Source: Octopus bimaculoides
Lineage: Eukaryota
NCBI RefSeq assembly: GCF_001194135.2
Contig: NC_068989.1
Location: 5,117,576-5,181,575 of the forward strand
Direction: 5' to 3'
Length of the DNA: 64,000 nucleotides
This document shows, piece after piece, positions 12,845-26,330 of this stretch. The translations under genes were made by a program, and so were the position numbers. The notes under the pieces are model-generated. The model was not told where the DNA came from and did not search any database. It was given only the letters and a program-made list of their open reading frames with translations. Positions within the stretch are counted from its first letter, which is position 1. Every line of letters starts with the position of its first letter.

Positions 12845-13775
12845 ATAATCCTTTCTATTAAAGTTACAAAGCCTCAAACTTGGCGGGAAGGAACTAGTCG
12901 AGTACATCGACCCCAGTGTTTCACTGGCACTTAATTTATCGACTCCGTCGACTTCGGCAGAATTTGAACTCAGAACGTAGCGGCAGACGAAATACCGCTA
13001 AGTATTTCGCCCGGCGTACTAACGATTCTGCCAGCTCGTCAATAATAATCACAACAACAACAACAATAATAATAATTTCAAATTCTGGCACAAGGATAGC
13101 AATGTCGGGGGAGGGGGTAAGCCGATTACATCGACCCCAGTGCTCAACCGATACTTATTTTATCAACCCGCGAAAGGATGAAAGGCAAAGTCGACCTCGG
13201 CGGAATTTGAACTCAGAATGTCAAGACGGACGAAATGCCACTAAGCACTTTGTCCGGCGTGCTAACGATTCTTCCAGTTCAATAATACTTTCTATCATAA
13301 GCACTAGGACTGCAATTTTGTAGGGGGGGGGGCTAATCGATTACATCGACCTCGACTGGTACTTTGTTTCATCGAAAGACAAAATCGACCCCAGCGGTAT
13401 CTTGAACGTAAAGCCAGAAGAAATGCGGTTAAGCATTTTCTTTCCCGATACTTTAACGATTCTGCCAGCGCGTCGTCTTAATAACAATGGCTTCAAATTT
13501 TGNNNNNNNNNNNNNNNNNNNNNNNNNNNNNNNNNNNNNNNNNNNNNNNNNNNNNNNNNNNNNNNNNNNNNNNNNNNNNNNNNNNNNNNNNNNNNNNNNN
13601 NNNNNNNNNNNNNNNNNNNNNNNNNNCCCACCCCAATCCCCCAGTACTTATTTTATCGCCCCCGCCCCGCAAAGGTATAAATAGCAGGGTCGACCTTGGC
13701 GGAATTTGAACTCAGAATGTATGAAGGCGGAAGAAACGCTACTGAGCATTTTATCCGGCATGCTAACCATTCTGT
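12845..13775 (-). mobile_element. Array of four head-to-tail family B SINEs, the last split by a gap
   Basis: Copies at about 12848-13040, 13078-13280, 13288-13476 and 13484-13775. Confidence 0.8.
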
Positions 13776-13825
13776 CATACACAAAATATCTGAAATGTCA
13801 TCATGGGTATATTTCAATTCTTTGC

Positions 13826-13865
<40 letters not shown>

Positions 13866-16800
13866 GTGACTCCCACAGTTTTCTGTGTCATTTAAAATAT
13901 ATGTTAGTTATTTAGTAAAATGTTTAAATTTGCCTTCTAACATTCAGAACATCCGGTTCCAACCACCACGGTACACAAGCAGTATTATGTGCATGCATGC
14001 ACGCACAAGCACAACGAAGAAGCTAGTTGATTGCAATTAAAATCTCCTCAAAGAGTTGACACCAATTCTCTACCGAAAGAAGCAAAACTGGGAAAAGTCA
14101 CTTTGGCATTCAAAATAACCAGCTCAAAACGATCCAACGAAAAAGACTCTTTACTGCGTGGTCTTTCGATCTGCTAGAAATAATAGGCAAATCTCTCTCA
14201 AATAAGTATACCGTCTTTAAAAAAAAAATCATATTAGTTAATGTAGTCCAAGATACGTCTTAAAAGACATGATGGTCATGGCTTGAACGCTTTTACTCAT
14301 AAATCTATTCGATCAGGGTTGACCTCGAGTAACAATATTCTCATCAAAGAAGCTTAAAGAATGGTCGTTCTGCCTCTTAATATTACGAAACAGATTAAAC
14401 ATCACATTACAGAACTTGGGAGATATATTTTTACAACCTAGTGACACCAAAATAGGTAGAATTAAATATTTATCCCCAAGTCAAAAATGACCAGGATACG
14501 GATTGAGGTTTTTCCTCTTTTCAGGTAATATTTTGCCCGGCTACAATTTTCCCCCCCCCTTCCTCAAGCTCCAAGCACTGTCACAGACTATGTGTGTGAG
14601 TCACCTCAAGAGACATAGGGGAGAGAGACAAACAGACAGACGAGCAATATCAGAAAGTGTAAAAATGAAAGTGGCTCCAAAATTTCAAAAGACTTTCTGA
14701 GGCTGTGCTTAACTCAGGTTTCATAGCGAATATGGACAGGAGATAAAATTCCTCTGGATAGGATGGCCATCAACTAAAAACCAATCTCCGGGAAAAGTGA
14801 GGACAGTCTATGTCAGCCAAAAAGAAAAAAATTAATAATGTACGCAAATAATAATGTACCATGGAAGTAGGAAGGAGGCGAAAATCCAACGTCCTATGCT
14901 TAGCCCTTTACTGGGAGCCTTTAAGAGCTGCAACTTGGCCCCAGTGAGCCAGTGATAAACGGTTAAGAGATAACTATCATTCCAAACATTCCCCTAGGAT
15001 CTAGTACCAGTTTTTGATAAAGAACTTTGCAGGAAATGTCAAGATTCTTGACTCCCTCTGTCATAATAAACCTTATCTAAATTTTGCGAACTTTACTGTT
15101 TGTAAATCAAGACATCATAAGTTGGAGACAACATATATACGTGTTTGTGTTTGTGTGTGTGTGTTAGTCCATGACTATATCTAATCCACTGTTTCACTTT
15201 AAAATGTGAGACGTGTGCACCAGCTTGTCTTCAGAAAGAGGTCAGTTGTAGTCTCTCGAGAGAAACTGATTGTGCAACGTTATCTACTTTGAACCGCACA
15301 GCGCATACAGAGCATTTGCATAGCTTACGTGTCTGCACACCAACTAGTTCTTGAACCTGACTGAAGGCCGGTGTGGAAAGTGACCAGATGACAATGGCAC
15401 GACATAAATTTTGATACCAAGAAATACACGAAAAGTGAATTTAACAGGTTTTGTGTGTTGGCTCAAAGTTGAAGCTTCATGTGATGTAAACGCTGTCTTC
15501 AAAGCTCAAAAGAGAAAACACAGAAATAAGGGAGACAAGAATAGAATCAAACAATGAGTTGGTAAGTGCATGAAACCACGTGTTGGTGTAGAAGACACTT
15601 GACCAAGGTGCCACGCAGTGGGACTGAACCAGGACCCATGTGGTTGGTAAGCAAGCTACTTACNNNNNNNNNNNNNNNNNNNNNNNNNNNNNNNNNNNNN
15701 NNNNNNNNNNNNNNNNNNNNNNNNNNNNNNNNNNNNNNNNNNNNNNNNNNNNNNNNNNNNNNNTATATATATATATATATGACAGAGAGAGAGTATTATT
15801 ACATACATATATGCCTGTGTATCTAAGCAAAACATTTTGCTTATAAATACGTTTTTATGAAGTATTCTGCTTATCGTTTTACCTTAATGCTACACACACA
15901 CGTGTATTATATATATATATATATAAGATTGCACTCATGATACATGTATTAACGATTTTTACATTCATTTCTACATATAATGTGTAATTGTAATACGTTT
16001 GTATCATGATCAGAAGCCTGATTGTTCAACAGAATTCCACTCTTTACATAAGCAAAGAGAAGATTCACCTGTAAAAACAATACCTTCAGTTACATACTCA
16101 TGAAAGACTCTAGTTCGTTTGTCGATTTGTTAGAAATAACAGCTAAATTTCCTTCAAACCACACCCCACTATCTTGAGAGAGAGAGAACGTTGAAAAATG
16201 AAGACCCAGATATTGAAAAAGACAAACTGGTCAATGGTTTGAAAGCTGTTGGTAAATCTGATCGGTCTGGCATGAATTAGGGCACAAAAAGGAAAAAGAA
16301 AGCGCTTCAACTTTATGCAAACATTCAAAATTTGTATGATTTATGGAGAATGGGAGAAAGAGAGCGACGTGTGTGTGTATATGTGGGGGGTAATGGACAC
16401 GCGTGCCTAGACGAAGAAAGGTAAAAGAACTTCACAAAAATAAGTTCAGAAAATGATGTTGCCTATATGCTTTGAAATTCCATCTTTATGTATTCCGATC
16501 AGACTGTCTGTCTCTTTCTCTTTGCAATGCATACACATGCACGCCTATACACACAAACAAGCGCACATACTTGCTCCCATCAACCCCATACACGTGCGAG
16601 CACACAAGAGCCCCATACGTGCAGAATAAATCTATGCACATAACTAGTTCTGTGCACAATAGGTGTGTGTGTGTGTGTGCAAAGAGAAAAAGAGAATGTG
16701 TGTGTGTGTACACAGGTGTATAACACATCACACCAACACCCCTCCTACAGACCCCACAACATACAACACCATATACCGTTAAATAAATAAATAAATAAAA

Positions 16801-17144
16801 TTTCACTAATTTTCCCCAAATGTATATATAAAAAAAAAACACCGTTACAAATAGCAAACCCAGTTCAGTCAAAACATAAAACCCCTTTTCTACTCTTCCT
16901 TAAAAATAAAAATAAAAATAACCCACTTCAAGTACGACGATGACAATACCAGAAGATTCCCCCCCATCCATCGTCTACACCTCCATCCTTACCGTCATCT
17001 CCTTAAAAAAAACCCCTTAATTTATGAAACATGATTACAGGCCAGGTGAATGTTTTCGATGACATCATTTTGAAATATAAACAGCATAGCCTTGTTAGTA
17101 TGTGTCTAACCTTAAACTCTGTGTGTGTGTGTGTGTGTGTGTGT

Positions 17145-17656
17145 NNNNNNNNNNNNNNNNNNNNNNNNNNNNNNNNNNNNNNNNNNNNNNNNNNNNNNNN
17201 NNNNNNNNNNNNNNNNNNNNNNNNNNNNNNNNNNNNNNNNNNNNNNNNNNNNNNNNNNNNNNNNNNNNNNNNNNNNNNNNNNNNNNNNNNNNNNNNNNNN
17301 NNNNNNNNNNNNNNNNNNNNNNNNNNNNNNNNNNNNNNNNNNNNNNNNNNNNNNNNNNNNNNNNNNNNNNNNNNNNNNNNNNNNNNNNNNNNNNNNNNNN
17401 NNNNNNNNNNNNNNNNNNNNNNNNNNNNNNNNNNNNNNNNNNNNNNNNNNNNNNNNNNNNNNNNNNNNNNNNNNNNNNNNNNNNNNNNNNNNNNNNNNNN
17501 NNNNNNNNNNNNNNNNNNNNNNNNNNNNNNNNNNNNNNNNNNNNNNNNNNNNNNNNNNNNNNNNNNNNNNNNNNNNNNNNNNNNNNNNNNNNNNNNNNNN
17601 NNNNNNNNNNNNNNNNNNNNNNNNNNNNNNNNNNNNNNNNNNNNNNNNNNNNNNNN
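17145..17656. other. Assembly gap (largest); other N-runs at about 10320, 13503, 15664, 18749, 20028, 22887, 25872, 52106, 56809 and 58907
   Basis: Runs of N, many abutting a microsatellite or SINE. Confidence 0.99.
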
Positions 17657-19181
17657 TGGGGTGAAATGGGACAAAAAGACTTTTTAAAAATGTGATATTA
17701 GCAAGCAGAGAGGGGGGAGTGAGGTGAGGTATGTGTGGGGAAACCAACCTGACACCTCAAGAGCCTCGATGGGAGACAATACAAGTGGGGACCAGTTGCA
17801 CGTATCCCCACCCATCCACCTACCCACCCGCCTCATCCAGTTAACTATAAACCCAGATGTCGGAATGAAGGAAAAAGTATGCTGCTAGCTTTTTAGCCTT
17901 GCCTAATTCCAGAACTGTGATTGTTCCTGTCATTATTACCGTTCATATGTGCACATTCCCGTAGTAGCAGAGGGCGGGAAACATTATTGGATTGTGGAAT
18001 TGGTTAGACGTTCGAGTGAGCATCAGACATAATAAAAATAGTACCAAGTGGCATCTAGTTATGTCTGCAGTTCAAACCCCACAGAGATTGTGGTGTTCGG
18101 CGGAGGTGGGGAGGCATCAAAACTTGCATATCAAAACAAACCCCATCCAACCATACATTGTTTTCTTGTGGCTTCAGTGCTGCCTGTCATCCCATTTCCT
18201 GAGGCAAAGAAGGGCACAAACCAAGAGTCAATGTTTGTATGGCTGGATGTCCTTCTTAACACCCCTATAAATATGTGTGTGTATGTGTGTGTGCCTGATA
18301 AACATAAATATCACATATAGCAAAGAAAATGAAAGCAAAGCCAACATTGGTACAATTTGAACTCAGAACTTGTGGGCTTTCATTTCAATTAACTGAAATG
18401 AAGTTTGACCCTCTTCAGTCTCTGCCAGCCACCACCACCACCACCAAACCAATATGATGGAAAATATCTAACAAAGTATAATTGGTATATACATACATAT
18501 ATATATATACATATACATATATATATATATAAGTAGTTTAAACTTCTGCAAATAAGTTTGATGTGCATACACACACACACGACTGCATACATAACTCTAC
18601 ACACACACAACACAACACAAAGGGAAATATTTGGCTAAACGACCTGGAAAATCTTTAATTATCGAAATCAGTAAAGTAAAGAAAAAGATTGAGAAAGGAA
18701 GAAAGAATAAGCTGGCAGAGAGGGAGATGGAGAAGAGAAGACGGAGGCNNNNNNNNNNNNNNNNNNNNNNNNNNNNNNNNNNNNNNNNNNNNNNNNNNNN
18801 NNNNNNNNNNNNNNNNNNNNNNNNNNNNNNNNNNNNNNNNNNNNNNNNNNNNNNNNNNNNNNNNNNNNNNNNNNNNNNNNNNNNNNNNNNNNNNNNNNNN
18901 NNNNNNNNNNNNNNNNNNNNNNNNNNNNNNNNNNNNNNNNNNNNNNNNNNNNNNNNNNNNNNNNNNNNNNNNNNNNNNNNNNNNNNNNNNNNNNNNNNNN
19001 NNNNNNNNNNNNNNNNNNNNNNNNNNNNNNNNNNNNNNNNNNNNNNNNNNNNNNNNNNNNNNNNNNNNNNNNNNNNNNNNNNNNNNNNNNNNNNNNNNNC
19101 AAAGTTAACATAATGGAAGGAAAAAAGATGCAAATGTATGCAAAGTCAAACCGTTTTCCTTATTTACTAAAGAAACATCAC

Positions 19182-19230
<49 letters not shown>

Positions 19231-20096
19231 GATATGTATATTATACAGACACATGCATTAATATCAATGTACATACATATACAAACATGTACGTGTGTAT
19301 GTATATATGTAGATATGTATGATGCACACACATTTCTTTTCTTCCTATCATTATTCTTATTATCATCATCATCATCAACAGCAGCATTATTATATATGCA
19401 AAGAAAATATTTTTCACATTATCATCATATTTACCATTATTACTTATGCAAGAAGCTGCACACACACACACACACTTATTATCATTTACTGCAAATATTG
19501 AATTTAATAATACAATCATCATCGTCGTTGTCGTTATTGATTAATCAGAAAACATCAACAATAGCGCCACCAAACTCTCAATAACTTAAAGATCAATAAA
19601 TTCAAAACAGTGAAATAAGGTAATGTATTTGAAGGTAAAAAAAGGAAATGAACAATCTATCAACCTGTTTGCCAACATGTGTGCGTGTATGTGTGTATGC
19701 ATATGTACAAGTGTTCCCGTCCCCTCAAACTGATATTCAATGCATTCAGCTCAACCCCCCCCCCGTCTCTATCATCTGTCACATTGCATTGACACTCTAG
19801 CGCATTTACCAGCCCATGTCGGTTCACATGGTCCTTGGAAGTCCACACAAGATTTTGTTGCCAAAGTTTATGTGCAATGAATTAGTTATACTTCAAAATA
19901 AAAATAAAGCAGCTGTCTTGAGCTCTATGGACTCGAAAGGGCTGGTTCCCCAGTTTTTGCCACACACACACACATATATATATAAATAAACATACACACA
20001 CGTGTATATATATGGCCTTGTGCAGAGNNNNNNNNNNNNNNNNNNNNNNNNNNNNNNNNNNNNNNNNNNNNNNNNNNNNNNNNNNNNNNNNNNNNN

Positions 20097-20128
<32 letters not shown>

Positions 20129-20869
20129 TGTGTTAGGGAATAATTTATGGAAGAGGCGTGGATTTACAACATGCCAAATGAGTAACCCAGAGATCAGCAC
20201 AGTCCAAAAGATCTAAGCGCTGCTTGCCTTCTCGAGGAGTGGTAAATTTGCTACACTAATTGTGCTACACTAATTAACCTCCTCCTGCATAATTAAAGAA
20301 AAACAAACAAAAAAACTACACACACACATGGCACATACTGAAGCAACTAGGGAACGTCTAAGTGGTGGTTCAACTGGCTAGAAATAACAGCAGAATTTCT
20401 ATCACATAGTACCACCTAAAAAGGGGAAGAATACATTAAATAATAATGTTCTAGATATAGCATATCTGGAAAAAAAAAAAAAAGCAGAAGTGGCCATGCC
20501 CAGATTGCCTTTGATCATATATTTGATCTGGGGTTAAACTACAGCATCAACTATAGCTGAATTGAACCAATATGGAAGCCTATACATGATTGCTAGTTCT
20601 GCTAGAATATCAGCTACATCTTCCTATTGCACCTTATGCCAAGGGCATTAAATCATGTGGTCCCATGTAATTCTCAAAAGACAGGATGGTCATAGCACAA
20701 ATGTCTTTAATCATAGATCTACTGACTATTAATTTTTCTAGGACCAGAGAAAATACATGTCAATAACTCCTCTCCGAACGCTTATTCACCTGAATGTGAT
20801 GAACATATAACAGAAAGCTGCTTATTGACTTTAGTTCAACATGCTAGACTTTTGAATTTTTAAAATAAA

Positions 20870-21225
20870 TTTTAAAGTTGGAATGTTGGTTAGCATTTGA
20901 ACTGGCCATATCTTGCTAAAATCTTCTACCTGATTAATGTTCATGCTGACTAGATCCAGCTTCTCACACCTACCCTACAATGTCATTTATCAGTGAAATC
21001 TCAAAAGGTATGAGATAATGCATAATTAATTCAAAATAATGTAGTGGTAGAGTACTCAGCTGGTATTTGAGATGTACGGGTTTGAGTCCCGTAGCCGCCT
21101 GCTGGCAAATTTTTTAAAGCAGTGCTCCAGCATGGCTGCAGTCAAATGACTGAAGCAAGTAAAAGAATATAAAAAATGAAATAAGCATTACATTTGACAG
21201 AGTAACCTGAATGCTAAACAGTTAA
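20870..21225 (+). mobile_element. TTAA-ended (piggyBac-like) MITE family, copy with a nested SINE
   Basis: Shared body CCTACCCTACAATGTCATT...TGATTAATTCAAAA also at about 39883-40050 and 41175-41337. Ends TTATCCCTTTAGTATT (39883) and AATGCTAAACAGTTAA / AATGCTAAGCGGTTAA are mutually inverted, suggesting TTAACCCT termini. Confidence 0.45.
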
Positions 21226-21561
21226 ATGATGATGATGATGATGATGATATATTGCAATTCTTGGAACCAAACACCAAAGTAAGAGACATCTGAGACATTT
21301 GCTAAGCAATCAAGATGAAACAGCTTGTAAGACAAAGCAGCTTGTATGACAGTGGTACTCGTTTACAGCCATCATGTGATGTCTAGACAAGGATACAGAA
21401 ACACACACACACACACACATGAAGGTGCAAAGATTAGTTACATGGTGTACCAAAAGCAACTCGCCACTCAACACCAAGATGATCAAATGACTCAATGCTG
21501 ACGGAGGTGAGGAATTCCATTACATGAGGGGTAGAGGTGGAAATGTTCTGTCATGACACAG

Positions 21562-21755
21562 AAGGTGGCCGAATGGTTAGCACATCAGACAAAATGCTTA
21601 GCATTTCGTCCGTTCCAAGTTCAAATTCTGCTGAGGTTGGCATTGCCTTTTATCCTTTCGGGGTCGATCGAATAAGTATCAGTTGAGCACAGGGGTTGAT
21701 GTAATCACTTTATCCCCTTCCCCGAAATTACTGGCTTTGTGCCAGAGTTTGAAAC
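21562..21755 (+). mobile_element. SINE family B, decayed
   Basis: GTTCAAATTCTGCTGAGG...TCCTTTCGGGGTCGAT...GGCTTTGTGCC. Confidence 0.7.
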
Positions 21756-21804
21756 CAAGAAAACAAATACAGAACAAGAGAGCCACTGTGAACTTGGAAT
21801 CTTG

Positions 21805-22020
21805 GGGTTAGTTCGATTCCAGGTAGTGACCTGAATAATAATAATAATAATAACATTGAAAAATACCTTAGGAATGAGAACCCAGGTTCAAAATTTCCCC
21901 AAAACACATGATGAAAGCTGGAGGGTATATCAGCTGAAACATTGTGTAAGATGAGGACAAATATCCATCTAATGTAAATAATGTACATAATTCCTCATCT
22001 CTTAAATATAGAACTGTATT
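21805..22020 (+). mobile_element. Second, 5'-truncated copy of family P
   Basis: Colinear with about 44200-44393 from GTTCGATTCCAGG to ATGTAAATAATGTA. Confidence 0.75.
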
Positions 22021-22319
22021 AAAAGAATAAAAGACTAAAAGAATAGCAGCTAAAATACAACAAGAGGTCTACTCTATTGCTCTACCGATTCTACCAGTCC
22101 ACACCCATCAGCCTTGAATGAACTGATAATGTAGTAATAAGATTATGATGAATCACATACAGATGTCCAAAGGCATCATCAACAGCAGAGATGTTAGACA
22201 GCAGCTGTGTGGCAGCTTAATAGAACAGATTTGTTTTCAAACATTATCATCCACATCCAAGGTTTTCAATGTAGGAGTAGCCATCTGTTGAGAGCAATTG
22301 TTAAGCACCACTCTTTTAT

Positions 22320-22804
22320 CCTTTAGCTTTCACTTGTTTCGGTTAGTGGTCTGCGACCAAGCTGCAGCACCACCTTGAAAGGTTTTAAATGAATCGAGTG
22401 CAATACTTCGGTTTTTGTAAGTCTGGTACTTATTCTATTGGTCTCTTGAGCCAAACCACTAAGTTACAGGGACATAAACAAACCAGCACTGGTTGCCAAG
22501 CTGTAGTGGCGTGGCAACAAATATACACACAAAGATATCTCATCAGTAAATAAACATTCCTCAGTATAAATATCAAGTGGATCATTACTTTGTATTTCAA
22601 ACCTTTTAATGTAGTTACTCTATGGTCTTTTACTGGTTTCAGACATTAGACTGTAGTCATGCTGGAGCACCGCCTTTAGTCAAACTAATTGACCCCAGAA
22701 TTTATTCTTTGTAAGCCTAGTACTTATTCCATTAGTATCTTTTGCTGAACTGCTAAGTTACGGGACATATATCTTTCAAAATGGTGTCTACTTCTGTAAT
22801 GACT

Positions 22805-22886
<82 letters not shown>

Positions 22887-23021
22887 NNNNNNNNNNNNNN
22901 NNNNNNNNNNNNNNNNNNNNNNNNNNNNNNNNNNNNNNNNNNNNNNNNNNNNNNNNNNNNNNNNNNNNNNNNNNNNNNNNNNNNNNNNNNNNNNNNNNNN
23001 NNNNNNNNNNNNNNNNNNNNN

Positions 23022-23053
<32 letters not shown>

Positions 23054-23375
23054 TGGCAGTGCCCCAGCATGGCAACAGCCTCAAGGCTGAAACATAAAAG
23101 AATATATATACACACATACGTGTGAATATATATATATATATATATATATGTGTGCATGTATATATATATATATATATACACACATGTATGTGTGTGTGTA
23201 TAATGTATATACACATACACATTCACAATGGGCTTCCACACAGTTGTTAACCAGATTCATTCACAGGGCATTGGTAAGCTTGAGGCTATAGTGGAAGACA
23301 CTCGCCTGAGGTGTCTCCCACTGGGACTGAGATCAAAGCCACATGGTTACAAAGTCAGCTTCATAACCACAGAGC
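22320..23375 (-). mobile_element. Cluster of family A SINE fragments with (GT)n/(TA)n tracts and a gap
   Basis: Family A segments at about 22320-22500, 22625-22770 and 23225-23375. Confidence 0.65.
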
Positions 23376-24699
23376 TATGCCTAAGTGTAAAATGTAAATA
23401 TCATATATTTTATTACTGCCATTCCTCAAATGTATTAATTGCACATGGTAATTATTATAATTAAGCAGCAATTAATTGTGTTTATAAAACAAACATAAAC
23501 ACAAAGAGATTTAATGGAATGCAGAACAACACACGGTTATTGTTGAGAAGTCAAGTTTACCTGTAGCAGTATAGTTGAGTCTGAGGCCATCCTTGATTGA
23601 GCAGAATAGGACTATAGCCATAGCCATTCCAGTCATGACCAACCTGTTTTTCAGTTTATCCAGAAGGACATGAAATGAGAGGAGTTTTGGCTGCTATGTC
23701 TAGCAGGTTTAATGATCTCATAAAAGTTTCTTTGATAGTTTGAATGAAATAATGTGTATAAGCACACATACACACACACACACAGATACACACACATAAT
23801 ATATATACATACACACACACATGGTGATAGGAAACAGGGATTGAAGAAATGCAGTTGAATACCTCAGTCAGTAGAAAACCTGGTGAACACAAACAGAATG
23901 CCAAGTGAAGAATATAGGAATTCGTGTTGGTTAAATGCACCGGGCGATCTATACAAGCTACAAATCTGAGGTTATTCACCAATTGATTGAATGCTGCAGG
24001 AATCACAGAGTATAATAGCAGACAAAGAAAATTAATAAAGTTATGTAACAACAGTCTCCATTTTTTCTTTGTTGTCTGATCTTATATGTACATACATATA
24101 CACACACACACACACACACATACATACATACATACATACATACATACATACAATCATAAACACACGAAAGCCTAGAATAAAATTTTTTTTGCTTATATTT
24201 TGTTCATGTTTATTTATTAGGTCAATAAACTGAGATGTGAGTTCAAATACTACCAACTGACATGGAGTTTCATAAAATAATTAATAACTACAATAAACAT
24301 TTTGGATCAATTCAGTCATCTATTAAAGAATTACCATTTTTCTTTTTTTGCTTTTCTTTTTGTGTAATAGCTGTCTTTTGTTTTCTCATGTGTAGTTACT
24401 GGCCTCCCTCCAGTAGGTACCTATCTTTTATATGCAGGTGCAACACAGTAGAAGCCTGCTCAATAAAAAGCTGGTTACCCAGGTTGACCATAAGGCCATC
24501 AGTTATGCGTCCTAACACCATTCTTTATTCTAACTTACGTCACTGTCATACAAGCGGTGACATTCATTTCCAATATTCAGTGAAAACATGTCTGGCCATA
24601 GGGAGATATTATCTTAGAAACAGGTGAAGATTGGTAACAGGAAGGGCATCTGACCATAGGAAATCTGCCTCAATAAACTCTGTAAATGGTTGTGAAGCG

Positions 24700-24965
24700 G
24701 TGATGGGGAACAAACACAGACATACACACACGCGCACATAGTTTCCAAACTAGCAATAACCACAACTCGGATAACCCTCATTAGCTATCGTACTACCAGT
24801 GGTACCATATATGATGGGCTTCTTTCAGTTTCCATCTACCAAGTTCACTCACAAAGCTTCGGGCAGCCAAAGGCTATAGTAGAAGACACTCGCCCAAGGT
24901 GCCACACTGTAGGACTGAACCCAGAACCACGTGGTTGGGAAGCAAGCTTCTTACCACACAACCAT
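24700..24965 (-). mobile_element. SINE family A, 5' part
   Basis: GGGCTTCTTTCAGTTTCC...GACACTCGCCCAAGGTGCC...CTTCTTACCACACAACC is the reverse complement of the family A head and body. Confidence 0.75.
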
Positions 24966-25500
24966 ACATATACAACACATAAAACAGTGCAGTTTATCTA
25001 AGTGTATGTCTGCCATAAAACATACACGCATACATATTACAATGTCTCCCAGGAAATGTTTCAGCATTTTAAACATGTTTTATGAGGAAAACTTGACAGA
25101 TTTATAGCAGACATGGTGGATATAGCATAAGTATAGCTGTGTATGTATGTATGTATGTGTGTGTTTGTGTGTGTGTGTGGGGGGGGGGGGGTAAAAGCAC
25201 TGAAATGCTCGGCAGTAGTACGCTTTAGCAAAGAAGCATGTAGAACCCGTTACCAATAAGTGTTCTTGTATAGAGGTAGGCAGATTATTAAATCTATACT
25301 ATAATTTTATACAGGTATCCTCAGTGGATACGAAGCAAGAGTTGTATAAATAGATTTAATGGTCTATATAGCTGAGGATTTTTTTTTTTTTGGCCTTCAT
25401 TAGTAAAAATGGAAAAATGCATTATCACTAGATGAAGTGGATTTTCATTTATAGTTTTTCTCTTATTATTTTGCTACACACACACACACACACACACATA

Positions 25501-25735
25501 TTATTTATTTCTTTATTGCCCACAAGGGGTTAAACAGAGGGGACAAACAAGGACAGACAAAGGAATCAAGTCGATTAGATCAACTTCAGTATTCAACTGG
25601 TACTTAATTTATCGACCCCGAAAGGATGAAAGGCAAAGTCGACCTTGGCAGAATTTGAACTCAGAACGTAACGGCAGACGAAATACTGTTAAGCATTTCA
25701 CCCAGTGTGCTAATGATTCTGCCAGCTTGCTGCCC

Positions 25736-25769
<34 letters not shown>

Positions 25770-26299
25770 GATGGTAAGCTGGCAGAATTGTTAGCACACC
25801 GAGAGAAACACTTAGCGGTATTTCATCTGCCGTTACATTCTGGGTTCAAATTCTGTCAAGGTCAACTTTGCNNNNNNNNNNGAGAGAAACACTTAGCGGT
25901 ATTTCATCTGCCGTTACATTCTGGGTTCAAATTCTGTCAAGGTCAACTTTGCCTTTCATCCTTTTGGGGTCGATAAATTAAGTACCAGTTGAGTACTGGG
26001 ATCGATGTAATCGACTGGCCCCCCCCTCCCCCAAATTTCAGGCTTGTCCCTATAGGAGAAAGGATTATTATTATTATTGTTGTGAAGAGATGATAGAACT
26101 GACCGTCAGTGCATCAGACAAAATGCTGCTAAACTTTTTGTCCCTCTTTATGTTTGTTCTGAGTTCAAATTCTGCCCAAGATAACTGTGCCTTTCATCCT
26201 TTTGGGGTCGATAAAATAAGTACCAGTTGAACACTGGGGTCGATGTAATCGACTCATCCTCTTCCCTAAAACTGCTGCCCTTGTGGCAAAATCTGAAAC

Positions 26300-26310
<11 letters not shown>
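25501..26310. mobile_element. Three family B SINEs: 25501-25735(-), 25770-26070(+), 26090-26310(+)
   Basis: Each carries the family B core; the first two are head-to-head across a (TTA)n spacer. Confidence 0.85.

Positions 26311-26330
<20 letters not shown>

Noticed and set aside
17749-18198. Minus-strand segment between a strong acceptor (CTTCTTTGCCTCAG|) and a donor (CAG|GTTGGT)
   Set aside because: Stops in all three frames and no homology; at most a non-coding exon, which cannot be supported without RNA data.
25801-25951. Exact ~70-bp direct duplication on either side of a 10-N gap
   Set aside because: Typical unmerged contig overlap, so an assembly artefact.
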